From Tubiluchus corallicola (lineage: Eukaryota; Animalia; Priapulida): a DNA stretch of 64,000 nucleotides. A program made the translations under genes and the position numbers. Location of the stretch: contig JAQGDQ010000885.1 in the NCBI GenBank assembly GCA_030141605.1, forward strand, positions 1 through 64,000, in the 5' to 3' direction. Shown piece by piece: positions 13,101 through 28,100 of this stretch; positions within the stretch are counted from its first letter, which is position 1; every line of letters starts with the position of its first letter. The notes under the pieces are model-generated. The model did no database searches. It saw only the letters and a program-made list of their open reading frames with translations, and was not told the origin of the DNA.

Positions 13101-16100
13101 ACTATTAGTAATTAAATAAACGGAATTAAATAAATTCGCTAAAAGACTAGCTAATGTTAATTTACTGCCCTATTGCAACTTTATCCGAAACGTGTAACAT
13201 TGTCATTGGCGTAATTGGTTCTCTTCAAATCGTACTATTGTATAAAACGTGTTGTATATGGTACATAATTCATATTTAGGCACATTTATTAGGAGCTTTT
13301 TAATGAGAGATATTAAATTTTACGGAATTGTTTTATTTTTGAGCATCTTTTTATTATCTTATAGGATCAGCGTAAGTGTGCATGTGCCTACTTATTCTTT
13401 CTTTTATACAATTTTAATATATGTATAAATGTCAAAATAAATAAATGATGTATCAGAGAGGCCAACAAACATAACACGCATACACATAGATTACAGACTA
13501 AAAATCAAAGTTAGTCAAAATCGGGGATGTCCGTCTCGACGAGGTCCATAGTACAGTGCATAGACAGGCTCTCCAGCCTTGTACTGCTTGGTGACCTTGG
13601 CGACACCTCCCAAGTCTGGCGTTGAGCGAGATGACTCCTTGGATTGCTTGCCCTGAGCGGTGTGCGCTGGCGAGGGTAGCAGGGAGTCTATCCTTGTCCG
13701 TATCTGCCAAGACAAGGAGAGAATCCACAGGATGTCGGTGTTCTCCGGTACTGCATCAGAATCTTTTGAAGGCAGGCAGAGACGACTTTTGCACCAATCG
13801 TTCTGTTGCTCCGTTGGTAGCTGGATGGTATGGTGCTCCTGTGAGATGTGTGATCCCACGTTCTTTGCACCAGCTCTGGAACTCATCAGACATCAAGGTT
13901 GATGCATTGTCTGTGACCAGTGTGTGAGGGAATCCGAAGTGAGCAAAGTCCTCTTAGAGCAGATCTAGAGTGGCTCTAGTGGACGCGGAAGACGTAGGGT
14001 GAATGCATGGATACTTTGAGTAAGCATCCGTGATCACCAGCCAGTTCGTACCCATTATTATTATTACTATTAATTATTATTATTATTATTATTTTATTTT
14101 TTTTATTTATTATTATTGTTATTATTATTATTATAAAGTGCCGAGAAAACGTAAAAAGCGTTGGAAGTTTACACAGCATAATTATTTAAAACGCTCCGAA
14201 CGTATATTTCTTCAAATGTATGTATACATGATTTTAAAGCATAATTGTTTGTGGTAACTCATCAGTGAAATGTTTTTATTTAACTTGGTTTTAATAGACT
14301 TTACATTTTAACATTAACTAATAGTTTTTGTTTTTGTTTGCTGATTTGTTTGCAGCGTATTTTCCATTTGTTTCAGTATAGTCTCAGCGCGCAAAGTTTG
14401 TCGCTTATCAGTGAATCACCTGAATTATATTGCTTGTTAAAAAGTGTTGCTAAATAAGAATAAATATCCAAGAATTTAAAGAATTCGAAATATGAAGGAA
14501 AAAGCGAAAATCCATGGCCCTACAATTTGTGGTTTTTAGCTGTCTATTTTTACCCAACAGTTTTGACTGACAAATTAGCGCCTGTTTGTCTCGTTATCCA
14601 GTGACAATTAATCTGTGTTAGAAATGCAACCACCACCACTGATTATGTTAGTTTAAATTTCTAAATAGCAATAAGGCTGACCCTGCAAAGTGGGGTGCCA
14701 GCTTCTCACCTTGCTGTTGTATCGACCCACAGCCAAGATTCTGGGAAGTTTTTTCGTATTTTCTTTATTGGGGCAAGTTTTTCTGTAGCCATCTGTTGCT
14801 CGCCGAAGAACATCATCTGTGGTATGCCAGGTAGCATACGGATCTCTGAAATAATTTTAGAAAATGAATAATTTAATTAATTTGACCCGATTAATTAAAA
14901 CACAGAATCCAATGTACATATTTGGTTTCGGGAGAAATAATGGTTGGCACCGCAATTGCAGTAACCTTTGATGCAATAATAATTTACTGAACTGGAATTA
15001 TCCGAACCGCCACCAAAAACAATTTCAACTTTATAGGAATATATATATATATAAATAGTGAACTGTATAAAAATAATGAACATATTGTTCTTTGCTAGAT
15101 TATATACGAGCTGGCATTTTTTAATGCGGACGCATTTGCCGAATAAACGCACTTTTCTCACTCAAACGGCAAATGGCAACAGAAGCTACAATGAGACCGT
15201 GTCTCTATCTCTTTTAAAATGTAGTCTACATCTAAAGTTTAAAAAAGGCTATACCTACCTCTGTATAGGTAAGTATCGGTCACAACAGCCAGTTTCGCCT
15301 CCCTGAATGTCTCGTAAGCGTCAGAACTGCTGTACCAGAGCCACGGATGCAGGATTAAGCTGCGTTTCTTTCTCTCAGCACGTATGGGGGCACCTCCCAA
15401 ACGGAGAAAAGGCACAGGCACTCTATCATCGACGTCAAAGCCATATCCTCTTACGTCATCCAAAACCTGAATCGAAAAAGGAAATTATTATTAGACGACG
15501 GGTTTTTACCAGTAATTACTTTATTAGATCTAATCATTATCAGAACGTGTAGCAAATTACAAAAGATGCATTTCTGTAGACATACCTGATAACTTTGACA
15601 TAAGATTAATGTTAATAGACTTTTCAGCCTTTGTCTCACTTGGCCAGGAAAAGGATTACAACAGACGTCCGTGTTTCCTCTCTTTTCTCTGATTTACGCA
15701 GACATTTTATATCAAAGTTATCAGAGACAGAAGTGCAAAGTTGAAGCGTGTTTTTACGTGGAGTTTTCGACAAGGATTGCCTTTTTCTTCAATTATATGA
15801 ACTTTAACCAAATTAGGAAGAATATCAATATACATATATAAAGCTTAACTACTTTGCCATGGTACATTATAGACATAGCATTTTTAATACACGTCCTTGC
15901 TGCTTGTCAACTTTTTTCTGCATATTACATGCATAACCCTTTACAACTACCAATTATGAAGACTCGTTTCGGCTAATTTTTCCAAAACGTCTTTTGAATT
16001 TCGAAAAATGATCACAAACCCACCGAATCTGCTGTGATGTCATTTCCACCACGTAGTAATAAAACTGACTGATCAACTGCCAGTATGCCAATAAAGGACC

Positions 16101-19100
16101 GAGGTGCTGTGGTGATGTGCAATTTTACTTGGTCTCCTGGCTCAGCCGATTCTTTGTTAAACCGCAATGCAACCTGCGAATAAAATACAGCCGTTGATTT
16201 GCATTCACAACAGTGGACTGGGCAAAGGCGGAGAATGTAATATCCACTTAGTGGATATATTACATTTTCCGGCAATGACATGGCTCTTAATAATTTTAAT
16301 GCCTATTTTTCGAAATAAGTGCCAACATAGATTACTGTTGTGTTTTGTTTCTCTCGGAAGGCTCGTAGAGAAAAACAGAAAAACACGCCTTCAAATTAAA
16401 CTAGTTTATTAAGCGAGAATTCTACAACACAAAAGTATGAAGGAACGCGAAATGATTACACTAAACGTGAAAATCTGGAAAACGTTTGAGTGTATCTGAA
16501 AAATCTGTGAATCTGCGTGAGTCTCTGCCGCCTGCTTCGCCTTATATAGCGCGCCCGAGAAGCTTCCAGAAGTTTTGTTCCAGAACATTCTACACGGTAA
16601 GACGATCATTCCAACGGAACATTCTACAATGTTCTATGTAATTCTAATGGATGCCAGCAATCTCAACAACAATTATTGAAGGCAGGGCGGTAAGGACAGA
16701 GTCCCAAATTATATTCTCTGTACTACAATCCATAAAGAGAAAATATAACAATTATGTAAAGGGGAAGAAAAGGTAATTGTACCGCATGTCCAAAGAACTT
16801 ATATTACTTAGCATGATGCTCACCTCTATTTGAAAGACCCATGTAAGACTATATATTTGTATATATTTTCATGTATCATATATACGTATTATATCTTGTG
16901 CATTCATTTTGTACTTGTACTTACATACAAATATATAACTAGCATTTTTTGCATATGTATAATTGTGTTTAACCAGTTGATATAACAGTTTGCAACAGTG
17001 CTGAAATACATAAATGATGAACTTAAGTTACAAGGCAGACGTTTCCTTAGTTGAAGATGCTAGTTGGAAAAGAATATTCTTAATTCCAAAACAAAACCAC
17101 ATAATTGTTCATACCTACAATATAAACTCATTTAAACTTTTGCTTAGTTTGGGAAGAATGTGCTACATATATTTTTTCAAACTTTGCACACGGTTATCTA
17201 ACCTTGTTCAAACTACTTACAGTTAAAATGGCTGCACTTAACAGTCCCTGTGGGTATTTAAATTTACAAGATTTTCAGCATTACTGCTAATGCATACTCT
17301 GTATGCAATAAGACCTCATGTAAGTGATACAAAATTTTAAAACGAATCTGTTCAGCTTTATTTACAAAGAATAAGGTTTTCTTTTTGCTTTAACTATTAC
17401 ACGGACTAACTCATAAACGTGAATATTAATTTATTACCTATAGTTCTATATCTTGATGGTTGAGAGATGGCAGCACTTGTGCCATCTGCCAAAGAAAATG
17501 ACGATAAGAGAAGTGGTAAAGAATTAAAAATGGTATCAAGTGCTAATGCTAAGTGTGATTTTTCTAATTGCTATTAATAATATTATTCTTTTCAACTAAC
17601 CTGGTTGTCAAATCCACCCTGAACTTCAAAGTTAGTTGCATCAGTTATCACCTCTCCACTACTGTGTATGTAATAAACAAGCATTCTTGAGCGAGGAGCC
17701 ATGGCATTGTTTATCTCAATATTGAACTCTTGCTCGCTATTTTTCATTGGTACGTAGCCATTGTCTTCAATGTTTCCACGTGATATAACCTAACAAAAGG
17801 GTTTGTACTTGAAAATGGGCACGAAGAAGTTCCTCAGATTTAAACAGAGAATTCAGAGGCTGGTAATCATAATAAAGGAAGAAAAAAGACAGAATAAAAA
17901 GAAATTCATTCGCTCTCCATTTTGTCTTCATTTATTCATTTACTCATTCATTTCATTATTCTGTCATTCATTTGGCTGGCCAGTAAGTCAGCCAGTCAGT
18001 CGGTTATGCTTTTATTCATTTGTTTTTGTTTATTCACTCACTCGGTAATTTGTTGATTGATTTGTCAATCACTCATTTATCACTCATGAGGAATTATTCA
18101 CTCATTCACTAACGTTTTCACCTTTCACAGTGCACCTGCTTATTTTCTGGGCGAGCCCTTCTTGCTTACTAATTAAATACTTCATTTATTTATTCCGTTA
18201 TTTGTATCATTAGTTGATTCGTTTTAGAACTACTATTTAGATTTTTTATGGAAAACCTTCGTTCTAGCTATGTAGTTACCAGAAAAATGATCAGAAGGTG
18301 TGAAATGCGCAAAAAAAGTTGAAAATCTACCTGATAATATACTCCGTCGATCACATCTGTTGATTCCACCAGAAAAGTGGCTTGGTCTCCAGCCTGTTGA
18401 AAAGAACATTTCTAATTACATTTCTCGTGTTTTGGAAAAGATAAAAAAATTCACCTCACACAGTCAAGTATTTTTATTTATCTTGATAACACAAATGAAA
18501 TCTTTACTTACCACTAGATCTGCACTCCTTAGTCCAACTTGAACAAAAGCTTTCACACCAGCTTTATATTCCCATGCACTCTTCGCGGCACTACTGTCGC
18601 CAGTTGATTGAGTATATCTGACCTTAAAATTACAAAGCAGTGTTTAGTTTTTTTTTCTAAATTTAAATTTTATTGAAATAGACGTAGCAAAAAGTGTAAA
18701 AGTATACAATTCTTTAATATACCTAACTACCTACATACAGCTTGAGTTGATTTCATTTCAGATTGAATTTATGGCCTCATTGTACGTCGTAGTTCTTCAG
18801 CTGCAATCAAAATTTCTATAATTTCTGCTGCACCCCCCCTCTTGCTCTTGGCTAGAATTTCTCTCGGGGTTTTCATCAGAAAATTTTCGAAACACTCACT
18901 CCTCTTTTTCATGCACATCCATTTCACTAGTTTCACCATATGGTCTGGTTGCAAATGCCTCATTAGTGAATCTTTTTTCTTTTCGATACTCTTTGTCTGC
19001 AAACGTTTTTACCTTCCGTTTCATACATTAACTTCCGGTTTGGATTCTGATAGGTTTCGAGTTCGTTTATTTAATTAAACTTGTGCGCTTAAGCAATTAC

Positions 19101-22100
19101 ACATACACTATGTCATTACTTATGCTAAACTTATACATATTCTTTAATTAATATGTTCTTCAGATGAAGGAAAAGCAAATTTCAACGTAACAATCAATTT
19201 TTTGGGACTGTCACTTTCACATTTGCAATACTATGCAGAACATGGCTAAAAATTGTGCAGAGAATTAAACCCAGATTCTTTAAAATGTCTTACGTCAAAG
19301 TTAAGACTTCCAAGAATCAACAGAGGAACTTCTACTTGAACCACAACGCGTCCATCAGCTGGTATTGTGTATTTTTCAGTCTTACTTTTTGATAATCTGG
19401 TATCTTTTGTAATATCTTTTATGCTCTCTTTTTGTATTTTTTTTTCTACACTGCTATCCCATCTATAATAAATGAAAAAACAACATCGTTACTGGAGTGG
19501 TACTATTTATTATTGCTACCCTTTAAATTTTTTAAACAAGTTTACTGTCGTGCGAATATTTTATGTAAGTGCAATCAGTAAAATTCATCATTTGAACAAA
19601 GAGCTTTTCACAAAAGCTTGAACAATTTAACTTATTAAGTGCGCCAACTTTTTTATTTATTACAACAACTGAAATTGCAAGCTCAAACCCTGTTTCTTGA
19701 AGACTGCAAAGTAACCACAACAGCGATACAATTTCTATTACAAGCAAAATAAGTTTTTTTAAGGGACGAAAAAAGTTGCAACCTTGGTAGAATTAGATCT
19801 GGATTAGGATCTGGATTTTTTTCACCCCATTTATAAGTGAGTTCTACTTCTTGAGCATCTGAATCCAACAGCGGCGACCCATCTTGACGTTCAAACGTTA
19901 TCTACAAAACAAATTCCTTTATTCTCTAGGAAATTACCGTATATACTCGCATATAAGCCTACATCGCATATAAGCCGACCCCCTAAAACTGCTTTAAAAT
20001 GGCCAGTTTTTGCAAAACCCCGTATATAAAGCCGACCATCAACTTTTCTCATCCATGTTGCCAATTCTGCAGAGAGGGAAGTCACCAGCCTTTCTTTGAT
20101 CAATAACATACTTTTGAAAACCCAAAAGTTTATGTTCATATTGTGATGGCAATTTTTGTGCAATTTTCGTTCTCTGTCTCAAACTTATAGAGTGTCTGTT
20201 CAGAAAACGTGTACACCAATATGTTCCTCTATAAGCTGCCTACGAATTGGCTGATGACGTCGGCTTCACCACTAGCTCACCCCCTCCAATACACCACTGG
20301 TGACACACAACCAAATAAAGAGTCAGATAGCGATGAAAATGTGTGGCTGGAAAATTGGCATTAGTGTCTGTCCTTGTGTTCATTTTGTTTCATGCGCATA
20401 TAAGCCGACCCCCTGATTTCAGTATTGTATTTTATAGTTCTAAATTCGGCTTATATGCGAGTATATACGGTAAGAATAATTATAGTTTTCGCAGGCTGTC
20501 TTGATAAAAAACATAAAGCGTATCAAAGTAATAAGTACCGAAGTAGAGAAATTGGTTTCGAAAGTTATGCATACCACAGCAAAATAAGGTAGCCCGGGCT
20601 TGTAGTAATCAGGTCCTTGAAACGTCATTTTCACTGGATGCTGGTACTTGCTGACAGAAGCTTCACCTGTCAGCTCAACACCAGTTGCCTCCTCGGTCAC
20701 TATGGCTTCTATTGTTATTCTTCTACCATCTCCAATAATTGACAGGACTTTAAAAGTAAAAGCGGCTTCTCCGTCAATCTGAAAATTTGTAACTGGTTAC
20801 AACAAGCGTTAGCGCGAATACAAAAATTTCTGTTACAAAGAAAATGAGGCATGCTATGCTCAACATTTGGTCACTTTGCTTTTCTTTATTGTTGACAGGT
20901 GTAAATGTTAACATTTTTACCTGGATAGTTTTTGTGAGGATTTTTCTCTGACCATCTAAAAGAGAAACCACGGCTTTACCTTTTACTGGACCACCGTGGG
21001 TATATCTGAAAAAAAGTTAAAAACTGTGTGCTGTTTACACTGAAATGCAATCAATTCATTTTCACTGCTAAAATTTCCATATTTGATCGCAAGAGTAAAA
21101 ATAATTCGTTGTATTGGTTGTGTATAGCTAGGTATTGGGTTTTATGGATGGCAAAACTATGAAGAGTCAGATTATAAAACTACACGTTTATTAAACATCA
21201 AACACAATAAGTATAACAGATAGTAATGCCAAGCCCCCTGATCTAGCTTGCTCTCCTTCAGCTCCCAGACTCAATCCCCTGAGCTGGGCGCATCACAAGG
21301 CTTATATATTGTGCTCCGAGCTTCGACACCTCGATTCTGAATCACTTACTCACGTGACACCACTCCTTAACTGGCTTCATACCAGCATTCATCAACGTAA
21401 TTATTTATCATAATCTAACGCTTTTAACAAAGTTTAACAGGTCCTCTTTACTGCAAGGAATTACTTTTCGCTAAATAATTTTCATATTTAAAGAATGCAG
21501 ATGCCGATCTTACTTCATCATTATTAAATTACAAGTGTTTGAAGCAAATAGAATTTTGTTGTTATTGCCAGCCACTTACTTTGCTCTGACAACACCAGAA
21601 AGTTCAAAACTGTCTCCGACTAGGAATGAGGGAAGATCAACTTTAACTTCAAATCGTGGTAGAACTGAAAAAAGAATAAATTATAATTATTGATTTTTCA
21701 CCCAACTCATTTTGTAGCTGATTAAACTGACAACATTCCAGCCAAATTGATCGGTTTACTTACGGTTCATACGATAAGATCTAAAACACCAAAGTCATTA
21801 TTTTGATGGATTGTACTCATTATTCAAAGTTATTGTTAATTTTTGGGATTCGGTTATTTGACATCGGTGATTAAACATTACCACAAAACGAGCAAAACAC
21901 GAAAGTTATTTATGCTGGGAGTTCGTAAAATTTTGGGAGGCAAAAAACTTACCATATTCTTCGACTTCAAAGTTCTTTGAGGCTTCCTCTCCCTGTATTT
22001 GCGAAATAAAAAAAGAGTTTATTTTATACTATTCATGTTAGTAAATAGACAATTTTGTTGTCAGCAGACTAGACTTTATATATGACTTCCATTCAAACTG

Positions 22101-25100
22101 TTTGACTGATGAAAGAGCTATATTAAGAAAAACCAGTAAGACACTTACATCAGAGTTAAAAGTGATTTTCCACGTGCCAAAAACAGGCTGATCACTTAAC
22201 ATGAAATCCAACGTTGCAACACCTGAACACAACAGGAAAATTTAAAGAACGATAATTTCATGTTTTTTTACTGTTACGGTACGGTTTATCATTAAAATTT
22301 GACTCATTGTTGCTAGGATGGGCGTACGGGCCTATTTTTTCAAAGAGGGCTGAGCCGTTTTTGCTCGAAAAATACAGCGGCAACCCGAAAAAAGCGCATG
22401 CCAACTTCGAGTCGAGAATTGATCAAAAAATACCCGAATTTCGGGCACTTCATTTGACGTCGTGGAGATATTTCGAGATTTCCTTTTATAAAATATGTTT
22501 TTCATCATCTGGCCGGTGCTCGAAAAATCTGGTGATTGCTCCGATCCGGGAGGGGGATGCAGCCCCCAGCCCATACGCATATGACTGCTAGCCTGAGCGA
22601 AATGGCAATTTTTTTTATTTACTGATACCCGATCCAGCTTTTGCCAAATGTACAACCAAACTGGTTTATGAAGTTTTTTCACTTGTAACTTGAATGAGAG
22701 AGAGAAAATAACTGAATAGCTCGGCTGCAAAGTTAAGCAACACCAAGCCGGGATAATAAAAGATGAATAAAAACTGACAAAACGGGCATATACCGTATTC
22801 AAATATCTTGGTGAGGGGGTAGGTGTACACATACGAACATGGCTAAGTTGCTGCAGTAAAAATAATTTGTCTTATTGAGCGAGCATGCTTACCATTCACT
22901 GTAGTTAAACCCTTCCACTCCGTCATTTTATTTCCACTTGGATCTTTAATGTCAACATCTGGTGTCCCTTTGTATGGTTTTAGGTAAGGGTTAACAGTAA
23001 TAGCTCTAAACTGAACTGCAATTTTAATCAAAATGTTTATAGAATAACTGTAGTTGTATTGAGAATGCAATAAACACCATAGAAAACGATCAATGGCTAA
23101 TTACTATTTACCACTAAGTTACAAACAATTTAAAAAATATATCCACGTATGTAGATAACTTTTAAAGCCCTATAGCAGCATATAAGCCTAAATTACGTAT
23201 TTCTAGCTATCGTAAGTAATAGGGACGTGCACAAGGGAGTGCTAGGGAGCGTGAAATAAAAAAGGATTTTGACAGAAGAAAATGAGCAATTGGTTTACAC
23301 TATCCATTTAGGATTCTAAATCACTATTCAAAAAGTTTGAACAATAGGGACCCACTGGTTTCCTTTTGTAGATGTAGGTAAAAATAGATATTACAGTGAC
23401 TAGGACACAGGACCACATTACAGCGTCATTATTATCTATCCACATCTTGCCATTTTACAGGGTCCAACAAACTACGTATTGAATTACACCGTTTACAATA
23501 CAGGTACACAATCGGCACGTTTCTGAAAACTCTTATGCTAACCTAAGCATACTATTATTCTCAATGATAATATATCTTGCGTATTGTATCTTTTTCACAA
23601 GGGATATAAGGCTTTATTATGATCTCGAGATCTACTGTTTAGTACTAAGGTTTTGTTTAAGCTTTTATTGGTATATAAAACAGTTTTTTCGTATAGGGAG
23701 GTGTATGATATCTCTTTAGGGCATTAAGCCTGTGTATTTAATTCTGCTTATGGGACTGTCCTAGGTAAAGGTATCTTTTGCTCACTGGAATAGCAGCAAC
23801 TGCAAGAGCGGAGAGCTGAGCACTTTCACCTTTCAACAGCACAGAAACAACTCCCAAAATAACTCTCCAGGGAAGTAAAAGTACCTCCCTGGGACTCTGT
23901 AAAATCATAAACTGCTGAATGGCAAGAATGTGGACTATATTCATTCGCCATTCTATTCAGCTTCTCGGCCAAATTTAGTATAAAACTTCTGGGTCGCAGT
24001 TCTTTCAGTTGTAAATCATCCATTACTAAGAATTAAGTACATCGTGTGTTAATTTTTGAACGTACCTTTATCAGACGGTTTGTAAGTTGCTTTGTCTGTC
24101 TGTATGAAAACGGACCTTCCCTTCAAATTGTAATCTAAATCGGTTGCATTATGAAAGCCAAATCCTTCGCCTGCTGAAACTGTTCCCCTTCCTTCCACTT
24201 CTAATACATAACTGCCCAGTGACAAATCATTTGGAAGCTAAAATAAAAAAGAGGGTATATCAAATACTAGTGCTACACTATTAAATTTAATTAACATAAT
24301 TTACATAATTGAACAGCGTAGAAATAACGCGAGTCGTTTTTACAGGCTACTTAAGCATATTTTGTGCATCTTTAAGCGTGATTACAATGTTATGTTTACT
24401 ACAATTAACTTTGGCTGCATTATCTGCCTGAAAAACAAGTTACTAAAATTATGATATTGCAAGTTATTCTAAACGAGTGGTCCTAATTTAAGAATCAACT
24501 TTATTCCGTTTGAATAGCTAATTTTCAACGAGAATAATAAACCAAAGTTAAAATTGAAATAATTGGGCACGACAATCAAATCAAGAGAGTTGTAGGCATA
24601 ACTTGTCTCTTCGTTTTACGAATTAGCCAGAAGAGCATTTGCCACACTTCTCAATTTAAGTAGGGTGATTTTCTGCATACAGTTTAATTAGTCAATTAAA
24701 GCAATCATCTTTACAAAATATAAACTACGTACTCAATTAATTACGTAGCAATTAATACGTATATATCATGTACTACACACCCTACACTCTAGCGAGCATA
24801 CCTGTAACGAAACATTTCCGGGAATTCCAGGAGCAAATTCAACTTTTTCTGAAGCAATGAGGATTCCAGGATGTGGTATCTTCTCTTCGACTTCTAAACA
24901 TAGCAATAATGAAAATTTATTGTATTGACCAAATTCGAAAATGGATGTTTCTAGTTTTCAAAGTATTATTGTATACCTAAATTAAATGGGACAACGTAAA
25001 CTAATGTTTATGAAACAACTGTATAGCATCATAATTCCGAAGTTTTAAATCTCTAAAATTTCTAAGATGTTCATTTGTTTGTAAGGAATTATTGATGTCT

Positions 25101-28100
25101 CTGATAAATAACACTGCCAAACTATTGATATAAAAAGTCAAAGTCTTTGTTTAAACTAATTAAGACTTTGTCTGGGCAGCGGCCTTCAATGTTTAGACTC
25201 AGGAAGTGTTATCACTGACCACAGTGACCAGTAGTTAGGTATAATAACTGTTACTATCGTGATACGAGCGAAACATGAGCTTACGCAAAGTGAATTGCCT
25301 GAAATTTATCATGAAATTTTTAAATTTCACATTGCCAACATTTCAGCACTTAATTTATTGAACAACTTACGCGGTGGCTTGACCCGCCTTTTGTATATAC
25401 TGACTGTCACTGTTACGTTTTGCGTTACGGTGTCCAATATTGTCACAGCGGTGTTGTACGTCATACCAGGGCGTATAACTTGAGGTCCCACAATCACGTA
25501 AGAACTGGAAATAAAAAAAACATCAGTTTGTATCCTGCACACTGAGGTGTCAATATTAATTAATCCTTTACACAAATTGACGAGGTGATAAGCTGAGCGG
25601 AAATGGTGCGTCTGGGTGCTCATAGACTGTGATGATAAGCAATTACGGCCCTGGCAAGTTAATGAATTGATGACTGTTAGGATAATTGGTTCTGGGGATG
25701 TTACCGGTTGAAGCTGTATATATATAGTTAAAGCAGATGTATACACATTTGAACACATGCCTCTGCCAGTTCAGCATTATGTCTATTTAGAGCATTGTCC
25801 TTGATGACTAGCAATGTGCCGGTGGAGCTCGACACAACTGTCTACATTAATCCTTTACCATTACAAGTTAAACATATCAAGTTCCTATCAGCATTTAAAA
25901 CAAAAATAAATTGACTAATATTAACCAGATATGAATTATTATATCGTATTAGAGTACAGCAAGAAGCAAGAAGCCGGCTAGTGTTCGATTTTAAAAGCAG
26001 CAACTGAATTTCTTGGTCGCACTCATTAGAGACACACGTACAGTCTGATTTTGAAACCGTACTAGAGTACATAGAAAACAAAGACGCGTATAATGTGTGG
26101 ACTTGGCTGTTGGACAAAATAAAGAAAGCTAGTGACCCAACTCTTTTGCAGAAAACAATAACAGAACACAGCAAGCCGTTTTGGACAAGCAATCTATCGC
26201 AATTATCAAAAAAGCTAAGGGAACTCAGGAAAAGATATCTACGTTTGTCGAATGTTCCAAATACGTTAGCTTACTTGGAAGCAAAGAAGCAGTTCGATCA
26301 GATGTAAATGAGGAGCTCAACAATTGGGTAAATGAGAACACAGCCAATTTAAACATCGCGCAAGGTAAAACGTTTTGGAAAACCCACAGTAAACTTTCCG
26401 GAGAGAAATCGGATGTGCGGATTGAAACTTTGAAATACCAAAATAAATATTATATTGACGATAGTGATAAAAGTGACATATTGAACAAAACGTTCTTTAG
26501 TGGCTCCCATATTGACAGTGCAACATTCGACCAAGCATGGTTTAATGAAGTATGCCATTTCACCGAACGACCCCTTCCACAACCAAACGAACATTGGTGG
26601 TGCAATGATAACTTCACAATGGATGAAGTTGATAAAGCAATAAAGAGCACACAAATGTGTAACAAAAGTATTGATACCGAAGGATGCCATCCACGGATGT
26701 TTCGTCACATGGGTTTTGGGCCAAAACAACATTTATGAACTTTGTAAATATATGTTTAGAACAAAATGTGTGGCCATGGCAAAATGCAAAGGTTGTGTTC
26801 TTCAAGAAACCAGCAAAAGATAATTATTGTGACCCCAATAATTATAGGCCGATTACTATTACTTCCTATTTTGGCAAACTGGCTGAAAAGCTTCTAGAAA
26901 ATAGATTGCAGCTGTTTCTCAGTGAAAATAACTTGTTGATGTTGAGCAAGAAGGATTTCCACCAGGGGGTAGTACAACCTGATATCTGACGAGACTAATT
27001 TCAAAATTATAAAGTAAACTAATCCAGAAAAGAGGCTGTATTGCAGTGTTTTGCGACTTTAAAAAAGCATTCGACAGTGTGTGGTTAGACAGTTTAAGCT
27101 GGAAGTTGTATGACAAAGGCTTACGGGGCAACATCTTGAACCTCTTGGTAGCATTGCTAAGAGACCTATTTAAATTTGTCCAAAAGATGTGACATTTGTT
27201 TAATAATCACCTGTCGAACAGATACTCTTGTCAGATAGGGTTACCCCAAGGTTTTAATGTGATAATTTGTTTAAGTGGTGTAACATGTGGCGTATGAATA
27301 TTAACTGGGTAACCCCAAGGTGATAATGTGATAATTTGTTTAAGTGGTGTAACATGTGGCGTACGAATATTAACTGGGTAACCCCAAGGTGATAAACGTG
27401 ATAATTTGGTTAAGTGGTGTAACATGTGGCGTACGAATATTAACTGGGTCACCCCAAGGTGATAATGTGATAATTTGTTTAAGTGGTGTAACATGTGGCC
27501 TATGAATATTAATTGGGTCACCCCAAGGTGATAATGTGATAATTTGTTTAAGTGGTGTAACATGTGGCCTATGAATATTAATTGGGTCACCCCAAGGTGA
27601 TAATGTGATAATTTGTTTAAGTGGTGTAACATGTGGCCTATGAATATTAATTGGGTCACCCCAAGGTGATAATGGGGATATTTGTTGAAGTAGTGTAACA
27701 TGTGGCCTATGAATATTAACTGCGCCGGAATAAAACAGAAGCCATAATGTGCAAAAACTCATTGATATGTTGATAATGAACTTTACTCCTAATACCTTAG
27801 TTCTATTCACATATTTAATTGGTTCATTTCCAAACATTAGATTTGGGGGGTTTGGCTCGTATAATGAACTTAAATTTGAGGCGCACGTAACTACCACGAG
27901 ACAGAAAGCCTGGAATAAATGGCATAAAATCAAAAAAATTCTCTTTTAAATATAAAGGATTAAAAATGGCCACGATCGTTGCTTTAGCTAAAGTCACTGT
28001 TTTGCCAACATTGTTGTACACCGCTACATCCTGGCTAGATTCAAAAATACAGGCTTTCGACGACCTTATATATATGATATACTCAAAACAGCCGTAGGTG

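Noticed and set aside
14846-16023. Alternative bait-region exons, as in Drosophila Tep2
   Set aside because: No additional phase-compatible exon was evident in the flanking introns.
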